NCBI GenBank assembly: GCA_031362825.1
Contig: JANLTF010000534.1
Location: 1 to 42,540 of the forward strand
Source of the DNA: Acidobacteriota bacterium
Lineage (GTDB): Bacteria > Acidobacteriota > Blastocatellia > Pyrinomonadales > Pyrinomonadaceae
Reading direction: 5' to 3'
DNA: 42,540 nucleotides
Part shown: positions 35,401 to 42,540 of the stretch, piece by piece
How the letters are laid out: every line of letters starts with the position of its first letter
Numbering within the stretch: position 1 is the stretch's first letter
Program-made: the position numbers and the translations under genes
Notes under the pieces: generated by a model
Seen by the model: only the letters and a program-made list of their open reading frames with translations
Told to the model about the DNA's origin: nothing
Database searches by the model: none

Positions 35401-36488
35401 GAACCTTCCTGCAAAATGGTTACAACAGCTCGCTTGGTGCTGGCTCCAATAATCCGATCGCCAGCCGCTCGGCCTGGAACGGCGATTCGGGCGGCTACAT
35501 AACGACCGTGCTCCGTCTGCCGTCAGCAGCAAACGGCCAGAACGTACAGCTAAAATGGCGTTTTGGGGCCGACAACAACACGGCTCCGGTTGACGGCGGA
35601 TGGAACATCGACAATATTCAGATCAGCGGAAACACGGCGTGCATCATCATCGACAATTTTGGCAGGCCCCGTGCCGATTTTGACGGTGACGCAAAAACAG
35701 ACATCTCGGTCTTTCGGCCTTCAGAGGGCAATTGGTATCTTAGTCGTTCTACGCTGGGCTTCATTGCTCTAAATTTTGGCCTGTCAGAAGACATTCCGAC
35801 GCCCGGTGATTTTGACGGCGACGCTAAGGCAGATGTCGCCGTTTGGCGGCCGTCGGACGGCAATTGGTATCGTCTTAACAGTAGCAACGGCCAGTTTATC
35901 GCGATACATTTTGGCTCGAATGGCGACATTCCGCAGTCAGGCGATTTTGATGGTGACGGCAAAGACGATCTCGCCGTATTCAGGCCTTCGACGGGTATTT
36001 GGTACTGGCTTAATAGCTCGAATGGACAATTCGGAGCTTTGCAGTTCGGCCTTAATGGCGACAAACCGGTTGCTGATGACTATGATGGCGACGGCAAGGA
36101 CGACATAGCAGTTTGGCGGCCATCGACCGGCATTTGGTACCGCATCAACAGCGGCAACGGACAGTTCTTTGCGGTTGCCTTCGGACTGCCTGCCGATCTG
36201 CCGACGCCCGCGGACTATGATGGTGATGCACGGACAGATGTCGCCGTATTCCGGCCGTCAGACGGCGTTTGGTATCGGCTGAACAGCTCGAACGGCCAGT
36301 TTGCCGCGGTCGCCTTCGGACTTAATGGCGACATTCCGGCTCCCGGCGATTATGACGGTGACGGGAAAGACGACCAGGCAGTGTACCGCGCCGGGATATG
36401 GTATTTGAACCGCTCGCTCTCAGGCTTTTCGGCCTTTGCGTTTGGCCTCGCAAACGACACGCCGATACCGAAAAAATACATTCCATAA
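32448..36488 (+). CDS. Secreted M36 (fungalysin-like) zinc metalloprotease with propeptide, jelly-roll-like domains and six C-terminal FG-GAP-like repeats
   Basis: The start has AGGAG-N10-ATG and an N-terminal signal anchor. The propeptide is FTP-like. HEFSH (34062-34076) within VVIHEFSHGLSNRL plus GEGWSDFYA is the M36 signature. Six ~45-aa DFDGDxKxD..V.RPS.G.WY repeats span 35676-36485. Confidence 0.88.
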   Translation: MSSTALAGSWRNAVLCLFTFALITAAFVLPHRQGISAAQGMFTQTKSHDTELPNYDIRTDKTAFEKLTAFRTSAGKSAFDVADARDAFVLGEKKLRLTVPTLKVDYNDDIRIPEVIGPDVKQGRAFLTSPSTAKRSNILIDFLKQNTDLVGTTPEQIDGLKVFADYTNPDGNLSFVELNQEIKGIPVFRGEVKAGFTKNGELVRVINNLAPGIDYDAVSTDFGDPLAAVKAASAFINSDISKLNIRKDQTVSSDLKTVFGTGDSATTAEKMYFPTEPGVAVPAWRVLIWQPVNAYYVIVDAISGTLLWRKNITEDQTQASTYNVYANPNAMVNVAENPFPFTPGPVALNGLQGSPLARASISRIGNEAPYSFNNLGWITDGVTVTDGNAIQAGLDRDGTDGVDLNSEAVNASRNFTFAYSPLNPNNNTGEAPVAVPQTYPGSSFQQGSVTQLFYISNWYHDETYRLGFTEQARNFQNSNFGRGGVEGDRVRGEGQDSSGTNNANFSTGADGTRGRMQMYIWTGPNPDLDGNLDAEVVIHEFSHGLSNRLHGNGSGLSINMSRGMGEGWSDFYAHAMLSEPADPINGVYAMGGYDTYLGSAGFVNNYYYGIRRFPKAVKAFTGGPGNLPHNPLTFADADQSQLNLTDGAFPRGPFGSSNADAVHNLGEIWSSALWEIRARMITRLGWQTGNRKVLQLVTDGMKLAPLGPTFISERDAILAAGQASSLAPEAANDVADIWAGFALRGIGANASIQALGTGVGDARVTESFSLPNLFQAPNLTISDTGGNGNGFPDIGEQVMLNVPLTNSTGNTATGVTLQLIGGGSANYGTVPSGTTLTQPVSFTVPASALCGEVVSVTLNVNSSLGATSFTRAFSVGQPLVTATQNFDSVAAPDFPAGWTAVPIAGGINFVTTATAPDSAPNSAFASDPATVGGGSDLTSPNFAITSRSALVSFRHKYNTEAGWDGGALEISIGGGAFQDILAAGGTFLQNGYNSSLGAGSNNPIASRSAWNGDSGGYITTVLRLPSAANGQNVQLKWRFGADNNTAPVDGGWNIDNIQISGNTACIIIDNFGRPRADFDGDAKTDISVFRPSEGNWYLSRSTLGFIALNFGLSEDIPTPGDFDGDAKADVAVWRPSDGNWYRLNSSNGQFIAIHFGSNGDIPQSGDFDGDGKDDLAVFRPSTGIWYWLNSSNGQFGALQFGLNGDKPVADDYDGDGKDDIAVWRPSTGIWYRINSGNGQFFAVAFGLPADLPTPADYDGDARTDVAVFRPSDGVWYRLNSSNGQFAAVAFGLNGDIPAPGDYDGDGKDDQAVYRAGIWYLNRSLSGFSAFAFGLANDTPIPKKYIP

Positions 36489-36542
36489 TTCTGATAAGGA
36501 AACTGTCTTAAGACACGAGGGAATCAGCATGTAGCAGACTTT

Positions 36543-36635
36543 CACCGCAGATTACGCGGATGAAGCGGATTTTCAGTAGATTTTTTGATAACAAATTATC
36601 CGTTTTTATCCGCCGAATCTGCGTAATCTGCGGTT
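36543..36635. repeat. REP/MITE-like palindromic element, same word family as 18751-18821
   Basis: The left arm CACCGCAGATTACGCGGATGAAGCGGAT matches the reverse complement of the right arm ATCCGCCGAATCTGCGTAATCTGCGGTT at 23 of 28 positions, with a ~37-nt AT-rich centre. Confidence 0.8.
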
Positions 36636-36937
36636 AAACTACCGTTTCATTGACGAAAGGTCAATTTTTCAGAAAGTAATCTGATTGTTGCATTCGAGGC
36701 GTTTTATTCATTGACGACAGAGCATAAATCTGTTAGAACATAAGGGAATACTTTTCAAAAAATATTGTTCAGATCTCAGATTTAGCTTTTTGTCGAAATT
36801 ACGTTGCCCCGCTTTTGGGGGACGGCGAGCGTTGTGTTTGGTTTTTTCGAATTTCCGGGAGTTTGGTCGCGATAGACGAAAGATCAATCGTGAAGAGATT
36901 TGAAAAAGTGGATTTTAGCTTTTAGGAGGGCTTCGAA

Positions 36938-39900
36938 ATGCAGAGACGATTTAACGCAGAAACCCGCAGCGGTTTACTGTTGTGTTTATTTATACTAGGA
37001 CTGGTGGCGGCACTTGCTGTCTTACCTTACCAGTTCCGCTCATCGGCAGTATCGCAGACCGGACTGGTCAAGCGAACGGTCAGCTTAGATGAAGGGATCC
37101 CAAAGATGTGGGATATCCGCGAATCTAAAGAAAGCTCGGAAAATCTCATCGCGTTGCGCGAACGTAACGGAAAGTCGGCATCGTTTGTTGCTGACATCCG
37201 CGACAGCTTTGTCCGCGGCGAAGCGAACTTCGCTCAGACTCACCCGACCGCCAAGGTCGAATACAACACGGATATTCGAAGTCCCGAGGTTTGGACTCCT
37301 GACGTTTCCCAAAAGAACATCGAGTGGCTCACACCTCCGTCATCTGCAAAACGCGTTGACATCCTTCGAAATTTTATCAAGCAGAACAACCAGCTCGCCG
37401 GTGTTAACAATGAGCAGGTCGACAAACTGGTCGTCGCTGCTGACTACACCAATCCTGACGGCAATCTCTCGTACGTTCACCTTGACCAGAAAGTCAACGG
37501 TGTTCCTGTCTTCCGTGCTGAGATCAAAGCCGGATTTACACAGGACAATCGCATTATCCGCGTGATCAATAACTTGGCGCCGGGTGTCGATTACGATCAG
37601 GTATCGAGAAACTTCAACAATCCGGCTGACGCGGTTCAGATCGCTGCCCGCCACATCAAACACGAACTCCGTCCGGCGGATACGACGAAGAACGAAGCTG
37701 AGTCGAACGACCTAAAAGCGGTATTTGGCGGAGGCGACTGGGCAACGACTGCCGAGAAAATGTACTTCCCGACCGAGCCCGGAGTTATGGTTCCGTCATG
37801 GCGTGTCTTGATCTGGCGTCCGGTCAATGCATATTACGTCATCGTTGACGCCGAAACCGGCATCGTACTTTGGCACAAGAATATTTCTGATGACCAAGCC
37901 CAACCGGCAACTTATCAGGTCTATGGAAACACAAACGCCTACAACGACATCGCGGACGATCCTGCGCCGTTGTCACCTGGCCCCAACGATCCGTCGCTTG
38001 GCACCCAAGGTGCTCTGATCGCACGCACAAACCGCACCTTGATCGGTAACGAAGGCCCGCTTTCGTTCAACAACAATGGTTGGATCACCGACGGAGCAAA
38101 CATTACGGACGGTAACGCCAACGAAGCCGGTATTGACCGTGATGGAGTTAATGGAGTTGACGCACCGCAGGCTGGTGACACCGCCTGCCCGGGAGCAGGC
38201 TGCCGCCGCTTCACATCGACATGGAATCCACCGCCGGGAAGTCCCGCACCGGGAGATGATCCGCTCACCCCACAGGCACAGCGTGGTGCTGTGATTCAGA
38301 TGTTCTACATCATGAACCGCTACCACGATGAACTTTATCTTCGCGGATTTACCGAAGCGGCCCGGAATTTCCAGGCTGTTAACTTTACGGGAATGGGTGT
38401 CGCGAATGACCGTGTTTCATCCGAAGGACAGGATTCGTCTGGCACGAACAACGCCAACTTTGCAACGCCGGCTGACGGCGGCCGCGGACGTATGCAGATG
38501 TTCGTCTGGACCGGCCCAACGCCCGACAAGGATGGCACGACCGATGCGGGCATCGTTATTCACGAAGTCACGCACGGCCTTTCGAACCGCCTCCACAATA
38601 ACGGCGCCGGACTTGGCAATCAGGGCGGAATGATGGGCGAAGGCTGGGGCGACTGGTACGCAAGCACCATGATGGCCGAGCCGACCGATCCGGTCAACGG
38701 CGTTTACGGTCTCGGCGGTTATGCAACCCACTTGCTGACAGCCACATTCACTTCAAATTACTATTACGCAATTCGCCGGTTTACCACTGCGGTGATCGCA
38801 TCTACCGGCGGCCCGATGAACCGTCCGCATAACCCGTTGACCTTTGGTCACATCAACGCAAACTGCGACACCACACTCGGAACCCCCGCCACGGCGGTAT
38901 CCAGTGCATTTCCGCGTAATCCGGCCATTGCTACAGCAGGTAACTGCTCACAGGTTCACAACGCCGGAGAGATCTGGAAGAGTGCTCTCTGGGAAGTTCG
39001 TGCTTTGATGATCCAACGCAACGGATTCACGGTCGGTACCCGCAAGGTTCTTCAGGTCGTCACGGACGGCATGAAACTTTCGCCGACCAACCCGATGATG
39101 CTTCAGGAACGTGACGCTATCCTCACAGCAGCAGCAGCTTTGCCTGTCGCTCCTGAGGCAGCAAATGACGTTACCGATGTATGGGAAGGTTTCCGTCGCC
39201 GTGGATTCGGTTTCTCGGCAAGCACCCAATCGACGACCGCAGTAACCGAAGCCTTTGACCTGCCGAATGCAGTCTTGGGCAATCCGTTTACGGTCAGCGA
39301 CGCGACCGGTAATAATAACGGTGTTCCAGAACCCGGCGAAAACGTCGTTTTGGGCATTGCTGTTACAAACAACACCGGCGCTACCGTCAATAACGTAACG
39401 GTCAGCGTTAATGGTGGACCGGCAGTCAATTACGGCAACATTGCAAACGCTGCCGTAGTTAGCCAGAATCATCCGTTCCTGATCCCGGCTGCGGCACCTT
39501 GCGGCAGTTCGCAGAGTGTCTCGATCGTGGTGAGTAGTACGATCGGTTCGCAGCCCGCGACTATTCGGAGCTTTACACTCGGCACAGCCAGTGGAACGGT
39601 TCAAAACTTTGACGGTGTTACCGCTCCGGCTCTTCCTGCAGGCTGGGTAACCACCAACGAAGGAGCTGGTCCTCCGGCACTCTGGACAACCACGACGACC
39701 AATCCGAGCAGTGCTCCGAACTCGGCATTCACCAATGATCCGGCTACGATCGGAAGTTCGTATCTCGAATCACCAGTGACGGCGATCACTTCGTCAGCCG
39801 CTAAGGTCAAATTCAGAAACCGCTTCATAACGGAATCGACGTTTGACGGCATGGTCCTCGAGATCAAGATCGGTGCCGCTGCTTACGCCGACATCGTTAC

Positions 39901-41008
39901 TGCTGGCGGTTCATTCGTCACAGGTGGTTACAATGGAACGATCTCGACAGCGTTCCAGAGCCCGATCGCGGGACGCCAGGCATGGACGGGAACTTCGGCT
40001 GGTGGATACATCAACACCGAAGCTAACCTGCCAGCGGCCGCGAACGGCCAGAATGTCCAACTCCGCTGGAGAATGGCTTCTGACGCCTCGGTCGCCTCGA
40101 CCGGCGTAAACGTCGATGACATTGAGATCATCAACGGTTACACCTGTGCGGCCGTAACGCCGCGGTCAAGGGCCGACTTTGACGGCGACGGCAGAACCGA
40201 TCTTTCGGTCTTCCGTCCGTCCGAGGGCAACTGGTATCTCCAGCGGTCAACGGCCGGATTCAGCGTCATCAAGTGGGGACTCTCGACCGATACTTTGGTA
40301 CCGGGTGACTATGACGGTGACGGCAAAACCGACACAGCGGTGTTCCGTCCGGACGCAACCCCAGCTAACGCCGATTACTTTGTGCTGAATAGTAATGGAT
40401 TTACCGTTTCCTTCACGTCGTGGGGACTGCCGGGCGATATCGCTGTTTCGGGAGACTATGACGGAGACGGCAAGGCCGACCGGGCAATTTTCCGGCCGTC
40501 GACAAATGTTTGGTTTATCCTTAATAGCGGTAACGGTTCGAACACAATCGCGCTATTCGGGCAGGCTGGCGACATACCAATGGCAGTTGACATGGATGGC
40601 GATGGTAAGACCAATCTTGCCATTTATCGTCCGGGTACCTTTAGCTGTTTTGTTGCTAGAGCAACCGGAAACCCGGCAACCAACTACGATGTCATTCCAT
40701 TCGGTCTCGCAGGCGATATTCTCGTCCCGGCCGACTACGATAACGACAACAAAGATGATATTGCCGTATTCCGTCCGTCCACTGGAACATGGATCATCCG
40801 ACGCAGTACAAATGGCGTGACTGAGTTCAGGAGATGGGGAGCCAGCGGGGACGTTCCGGTGCCGGGAGACTACGATGGTGACGGTGCAGACGATGTGGCT
40901 GTCTATCGTAACGGTACGTGGTTCGTCAACCGCTCGACCGCCGGGTCACTGATAACTAACTTCGGTACAGCGACCGATACAGCGATACCTCGCCGCTATC
41001 TGCCGTAG
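36938..41008 (+). CDS. Secreted M36 (fungalysin-like) zinc metalloprotease, diverged paralogue of 32448-36488, with six C-terminal FG-GAP-like repeats
   Basis: AGGAGG lies upstream. HEVTH (38561-38575) within IVIHEVTHGLSNRL plus GEGWGDWYA is the M36 signature. Long peptides are shared with the upstream paralogue (ADYTNPDGNLS, RVINNLAPG, TTAEKMYFPTEPGV, PVNAYYVIVDA, GQDSSGTNNANF). The repeats span 40175-41005. Confidence 0.88.
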   Translation: MQRRFNAETRSGLLLCLFILGLVAALAVLPYQFRSSAVSQTGLVKRTVSLDEGIPKMWDIRESKESSENLIALRERNGKSASFVADIRDSFVRGEANFAQTHPTAKVEYNTDIRSPEVWTPDVSQKNIEWLTPPSSAKRVDILRNFIKQNNQLAGVNNEQVDKLVVAADYTNPDGNLSYVHLDQKVNGVPVFRAEIKAGFTQDNRIIRVINNLAPGVDYDQVSRNFNNPADAVQIAARHIKHELRPADTTKNEAESNDLKAVFGGGDWATTAEKMYFPTEPGVMVPSWRVLIWRPVNAYYVIVDAETGIVLWHKNISDDQAQPATYQVYGNTNAYNDIADDPAPLSPGPNDPSLGTQGALIARTNRTLIGNEGPLSFNNNGWITDGANITDGNANEAGIDRDGVNGVDAPQAGDTACPGAGCRRFTSTWNPPPGSPAPGDDPLTPQAQRGAVIQMFYIMNRYHDELYLRGFTEAARNFQAVNFTGMGVANDRVSSEGQDSSGTNNANFATPADGGRGRMQMFVWTGPTPDKDGTTDAGIVIHEVTHGLSNRLHNNGAGLGNQGGMMGEGWGDWYASTMMAEPTDPVNGVYGLGGYATHLLTATFTSNYYYAIRRFTTAVIASTGGPMNRPHNPLTFGHINANCDTTLGTPATAVSSAFPRNPAIATAGNCSQVHNAGEIWKSALWEVRALMIQRNGFTVGTRKVLQVVTDGMKLSPTNPMMLQERDAILTAAAALPVAPEAANDVTDVWEGFRRRGFGFSASTQSTTAVTEAFDLPNAVLGNPFTVSDATGNNNGVPEPGENVVLGIAVTNNTGATVNNVTVSVNGGPAVNYGNIANAAVVSQNHPFLIPAAAPCGSSQSVSIVVSSTIGSQPATIRSFTLGTASGTVQNFDGVTAPALPAGWVTTNEGAGPPALWTTTTTNPSSAPNSAFTNDPATIGSSYLESPVTAITSSAAKVKFRNRFITESTFDGMVLEIKIGAAAYADIVTAGGSFVTGGYNGTISTAFQSPIAGRQAWTGTSAGGYINTEANLPAAANGQNVQLRWRMASDASVASTGVNVDDIEIINGYTCAAVTPRSRADFDGDGRTDLSVFRPSEGNWYLQRSTAGFSVIKWGLSTDTLVPGDYDGDGKTDTAVFRPDATPANADYFVLNSNGFTVSFTSWGLPGDIAVSGDYDGDGKADRAIFRPSTNVWFILNSGNGSNTIALFGQAGDIPMAVDMDGDGKTNLAIYRPGTFSCFVARATGNPATNYDVIPFGLAGDILVPADYDNDNKDDIAVFRPSTGTWIIRRSTNGVTEFRRWGASGDVPVPGDYDGDGADDVAVYRNGTWFVNRSTAGSLITNFGTATDTAIPRRYLP

Positions 41009-41021
41009 TTGCTACATCCAC

Positions 41022-41052
41022 GCGGAAAGGCAAGCTAATCCGGCCTTTCCGC
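41022..41052 (+). other. 10-bp-stem hairpin just after the M36 stop
   Basis: GCGGAAAGGC - 11-nt loop - GCCTTTCCGC, with no T-tract. Confidence 0.5.
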
Positions 41053-41064
41053 TAACCTTTTACT

Positions 41065-41101
41065 CAGCCGGCCGCTCTTTTGCGGCCGGCTGTTTTCTTT
41101 T
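41065..41101 (+). terminator. Rho-independent terminator
   Basis: CAGCCGGCCGC-TCTTTT-GCGGCCGGCTG followed by TTTTCTTTT. Confidence 0.85.
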
Positions 41102-41124
41102 CCGGGGTCTGCCCGTAAAACCTG

Positions 41125-41153
41125 TTGACATAATCGGTCGCGAAGCCTATGTT
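41125..41153 (+). promoter_or_regulatory. Sigma-70-type promoter TTGACA-N17-TATGTT
   Basis: The consensus -35 is at 41125-41130 and the -10 at 41148-41153. It lies about 85 nt upstream of ATG 41237. Confidence 0.55.
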
Positions 41154-41236
41154 TTAAATAGATATTTCATCGACTTTTCGGCAGTTCCCGCCGTCAAAAC
41201 AGTTAGATTCGAGAGCATTTCGGGAGTTCCTCTTTT

Positions 41237-42540
41237 ATGTCAATCAAGTTGGGCCGGGTCTTGTCGTTAAAGTTGTTTGTCGTTGCCGCCACGGTTGCGA
41301 TCGGAGCCTTTGGCCTTTTGAGTTTCGGCGGACGGAGCCAGAATGTTGCCGCGTCGGCCAATGGACCGTCAGCCTCGCATACCGGTGCTCCCGGCGAAGC
41401 CAATTGCACGTCCTGTCATACAGAGTTCCCGGTCAACAGCGGAATTGGAAGCGTAGCGATCACAGGCCTTCCGGCGGTATATACTCCGGGCCAGCAGGTA
41501 TCGGTCACCGTTACGACGACCCAGGCCGATGCCGTCATCTACGGATTTCAGATGACCGCGATCAATGCTGTCGGCGACAAGATCGGTACGTTCACGCTGC
41601 CAACTGAGACGCCTGCTCGCTCGCAGATCGTCACCGGAATTGTCCAAGGCCGCGAACGCAAGTACGTCGAACACACCGAGAGCGGCCTCTTCCTCCCGGC
41701 CACGTTTGGTTTTAATCGTTGGATATTTACATGGACAGCCCCGGCAACGCGCGGCGGTCGGGTTGGGTTTTACGCAGCCGGAAATGGCAGCAACAGCGAC
41801 AGTACTCCATCCGGCGATTACATCTACACCGCCTCTAAAGCTACAACCTCGGGAAGTCCCATCTTCGATTTTGACGGCGACGGCAAGACAGATCTGTCGA
41901 TCTTCCGGCCCGGCCCGGCTACAGGCCCCGAATGGTGGTGGCTAAAATCGTCGAATGGCGGTAACGGGGCGACACAGTTTGGTTCGCCGACCGACAGGCT
42001 TGTTCCGGCTGATTTTACGGGCGACAACAAAACCGACGTTGCGTTTTGGCGGCCTTCGACCGGGTTTTGGTATGTGTTGAGGAGCGACGATTTCTCGTTC
42101 TATGCGTTCCCGTTCGGTTCGAACGGCGATGTGCCCGCACCTGCCGATTACGACGCCGACGGTAAGACCGACGCGGCCGTTTTCCGTCCATCAAACTCGA
42201 CGTGGTTCATCTCGAATTCCGGCGGCGGCACTACGATCCAGCAGTTTGGCATCGCGGGCGACGTTCCCGTCCCGGCCGATTATGACGGTGACGCCAAATC
42301 GGACATCGCTATCTATCGTCCATCCTTAGGCCAATGGTGGCTCGTCCGCAGCACCGGCGGAACGGTCGCGTTCCAGTTCGGACTGCCGACAGACAAGACC
42401 GTTTCGGGCGACTACACCGGCGACGGTAAGGCCGACGTAGCGTTCTGGCGGCCCTCGACCGGCGAATGGTACGTTCTGCGAAGCGAGAACAACAGCTTCT
42501 TCGCGTTCCCGTTCGGCAACGCTACCGACATCCCGACGCC
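41237..42540 (+). CDS. Partial CDS (434 codons, continues beyond the right edge): secreted protein with a CxxCH-containing N-terminal domain and FG-GAP-like repeats
   Basis: Absent from the ORF track because it has no stop in the window. GGGAG-N10-ATG precedes an open frame to the window end: MSIKLGRVLSLKLFVVAATVAIGAFGLLSF...SHTGAPGEANCTSCHTEF...GFQMTAIN...WIFTWTAPATRGGRVGFYAAGNGSNSD. From 41861 at least five DFDGDGKTD...FRP...W repeats follow. Confidence 0.8.
   Translation, partial: MSIKLGRVLSLKLFVVAATVAIGAFGLLSFGGRSQNVAASANGPSASHTGAPGEANCTSCHTEFPVNSGIGSVAITGLPAVYTPGQQVSVTVTTTQADAVIYGFQMTAINAVGDKIGTFTLPTETPARSQIVTGIVQGRERKYVEHTESGLFLPATFGFNRWIFTWTAPATRGGRVGFYAAGNGSNSDSTPSGDYIYTASKATTSGSPIFDFDGDGKTDLSIFRPGPATGPEWWWLKSSNGGNGATQFGSPTDRLVPADFTGDNKTDVAFWRPSTGFWYVLRSDDFSFYAFPFGSNGDVPAPADYDADGKTDAAVFRPSNSTWFISNSGGGTTIQQFGIAGDVPVPADYDGDAKSDIAIYRPSLGQWWLVRSTGGTVAFQFGLPTDKTVSGDYTGDGKADVAFWRPSTGEWYVLRSENNSFFAFPFGNATDIPT

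Noticed and set aside
35676-36485. 135-bp periodic DNA repeats (also 40175-41005 and 41861-42540) as a non-coding satellite or mobile repeat
   Set aside because: They are in frame within long ORFs and encode a conserved 45-aa protein repeat. DNA identity between units is only moderate, with third-position drift, so they are coding repeats.

Overview
This is a chromosomal segment from a moderately GC-rich bacterium. The gene content (CarboxypepD_reg-fused TonB receptor and TPR proteins, very large signal-anchored proteins, FG-GAP-like repeat tails, strong AGGAG ribosome-binding sites) suggests an Acidobacteriota-like soil organism, but taxonomy cannot be verified from here. I can support about 38 protein-coding genes, two of them partial at the window edges and missing from the ORF track. 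I also support one tRNA-Pro(CGG), one compact cobalamin riboswitch, several promoters and terminators, and an unusually dense set of intergenic palindromic or tandem-word repeats. Housekeeping genes are rlmB, gatB, rpsU, surE-pcm, queD, a DedA-family protein, an SDR and a DinG/XPD-like helicase. Accessory content is as follows. (a) A B12-riboswitch-controlled BtuFCD-like importer plus a TonB receptor, whose ATPase gene carries an in-frame TGA. (b) HicAB and BrnTA toxin-antitoxin modules. (c) A DUF5678-like/retropepsin-like two-gene cassette. (d) An NYN/DUF2203 overlapping pair. (e) A PilG-type response regulator with a long TPR/acidic/zinc-ribbon N-terminus, paired with a CheA-like hybrid kinase that lacks a CheW-like domain. 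(f) A 1229-aa HEAT-repeat protein. (g) At the right end, three consecutive secreted proteins (two diverged M36 fungalysin-like metalloproteases and one protein with a CxxCH-containing head) that share a C-terminal array of ~45-aa DxDGDG...RPSxGxWY repeats. I rate (g) the best candidate for an undescribed functional set. No rRNA, CRISPR array, transposase, integrase or phage genes were seen. All family calls come from motif recognition by eye, and no database search was possible.
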